DNA of 64,000 bases from Candidatus Woesearchaeota archaeon (GTDB lineage: Archaea > Nanobdellota > Nanobdellia > Woesearchaeales > SKIA01), in the NCBI GenBank assembly GCA_046704725.1, contig JBJKRI010000002.1:18285-82284 (forward strand). The letters are read 5' to 3'. Below are positions 63,822 through 64,000 of this stretch, in pieces; positions within the stretch are counted from its first letter, which is position 1, and the number at the start of each line of letters is the position of its first letter. A program made the position numbers and the translations under genes. The notes under the pieces were generated by a model. The model was given only the letters and a program-made list of their open reading frames with translations, was not told the DNA's origin and ran no database searches.

Positions 63822-64000
63822 CGAATATATACCTGTGTCTTCTACTATGCGGGTAGGGAGCGATGAAGCGACACATCAACTTCTCTGTAGAACCGCAAGA
63901 CGACGCGAAACATCCGTATCGTGTCTATGTCGATTTCTCGCAGGTGCGTAAAAGCCGCAGGGCACTTATCGCCAATTCTCTCTCCCGGGCGTTAGCCTCC

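Noticed and set aside
63863-64000. Possible 3'-partial ORF starting MKRHINFSVEPQDD at the window end
   Set aside because: Only about 45 codons are visible, with no homology and no clear promoter; too little evidence.

Overview
The window is GC-rich and almost certainly archaeal. It encodes the replication factor C large subunit, aRF1 (NIKS and GGQ motifs), fibrillarin with a short Nop5, an archaeal/eukaryal-type GlyRS, a FlaI/FlaJ-type pilus ATPase and platform pair, and most genes have a TATA-like box about 25-30 bp upstream of a leaderless start. On this housekeeping backbone sits a dense accessory load, listed below in order of interest.

- **Candidate novel defence operon (3409-8549):** three tightly coupled genes encode a PLD-nuclease fused to an SF2 helicase, a Rad50/SbcC-like zinc-hook ABC ATPase, and an AlbA_2/Schlafen-like protein. 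It sits next to a Sau3AI-like restriction enzyme, a C5 methyltransferase and Vsr. It does not match any canonical system I can name.
- **Split cysS (17004-19227):** the gene is in two halves, each with its own start (the C half has its own TATA box), separated by a relBE toxin-antitoxin cassette.
- **Toxin-antitoxin islands (480-2742 and 12400-16150):** mazEF x3, relBE x3, vapBC, hicBA, a HEPN/MNT pair and a GIY-YIG gene are organised as cassettes. Two families of conserved upstream promoter/operator modules and a 22-bp junction repeat separate them, and hicB remnants mark past cassette turnover.
- **Sigma-70 family factor next to tRNA-Phe (39737-40558):** a bacterial-type sigma factor in an otherwise archaeal context.
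- **Giant surface protein (41162-50509):** about 3,100 aa, rich in N-glycosylation sequons, with near-identical internal module duplications.
- **Fibrillarin with a lysine-rich N-terminal extension (59912-60962):** the extension contains a tandem duplication.
- **In-frame TAG (about 33300):** an apparently continuous coiled-coil gene is interrupted by an amber codon.

Many long ORFs in the supplied track are arginine-rich antisense artefacts of the high GC content and were not called. Coordinates of non-ORF elements are approximate (+/- 3 bp).
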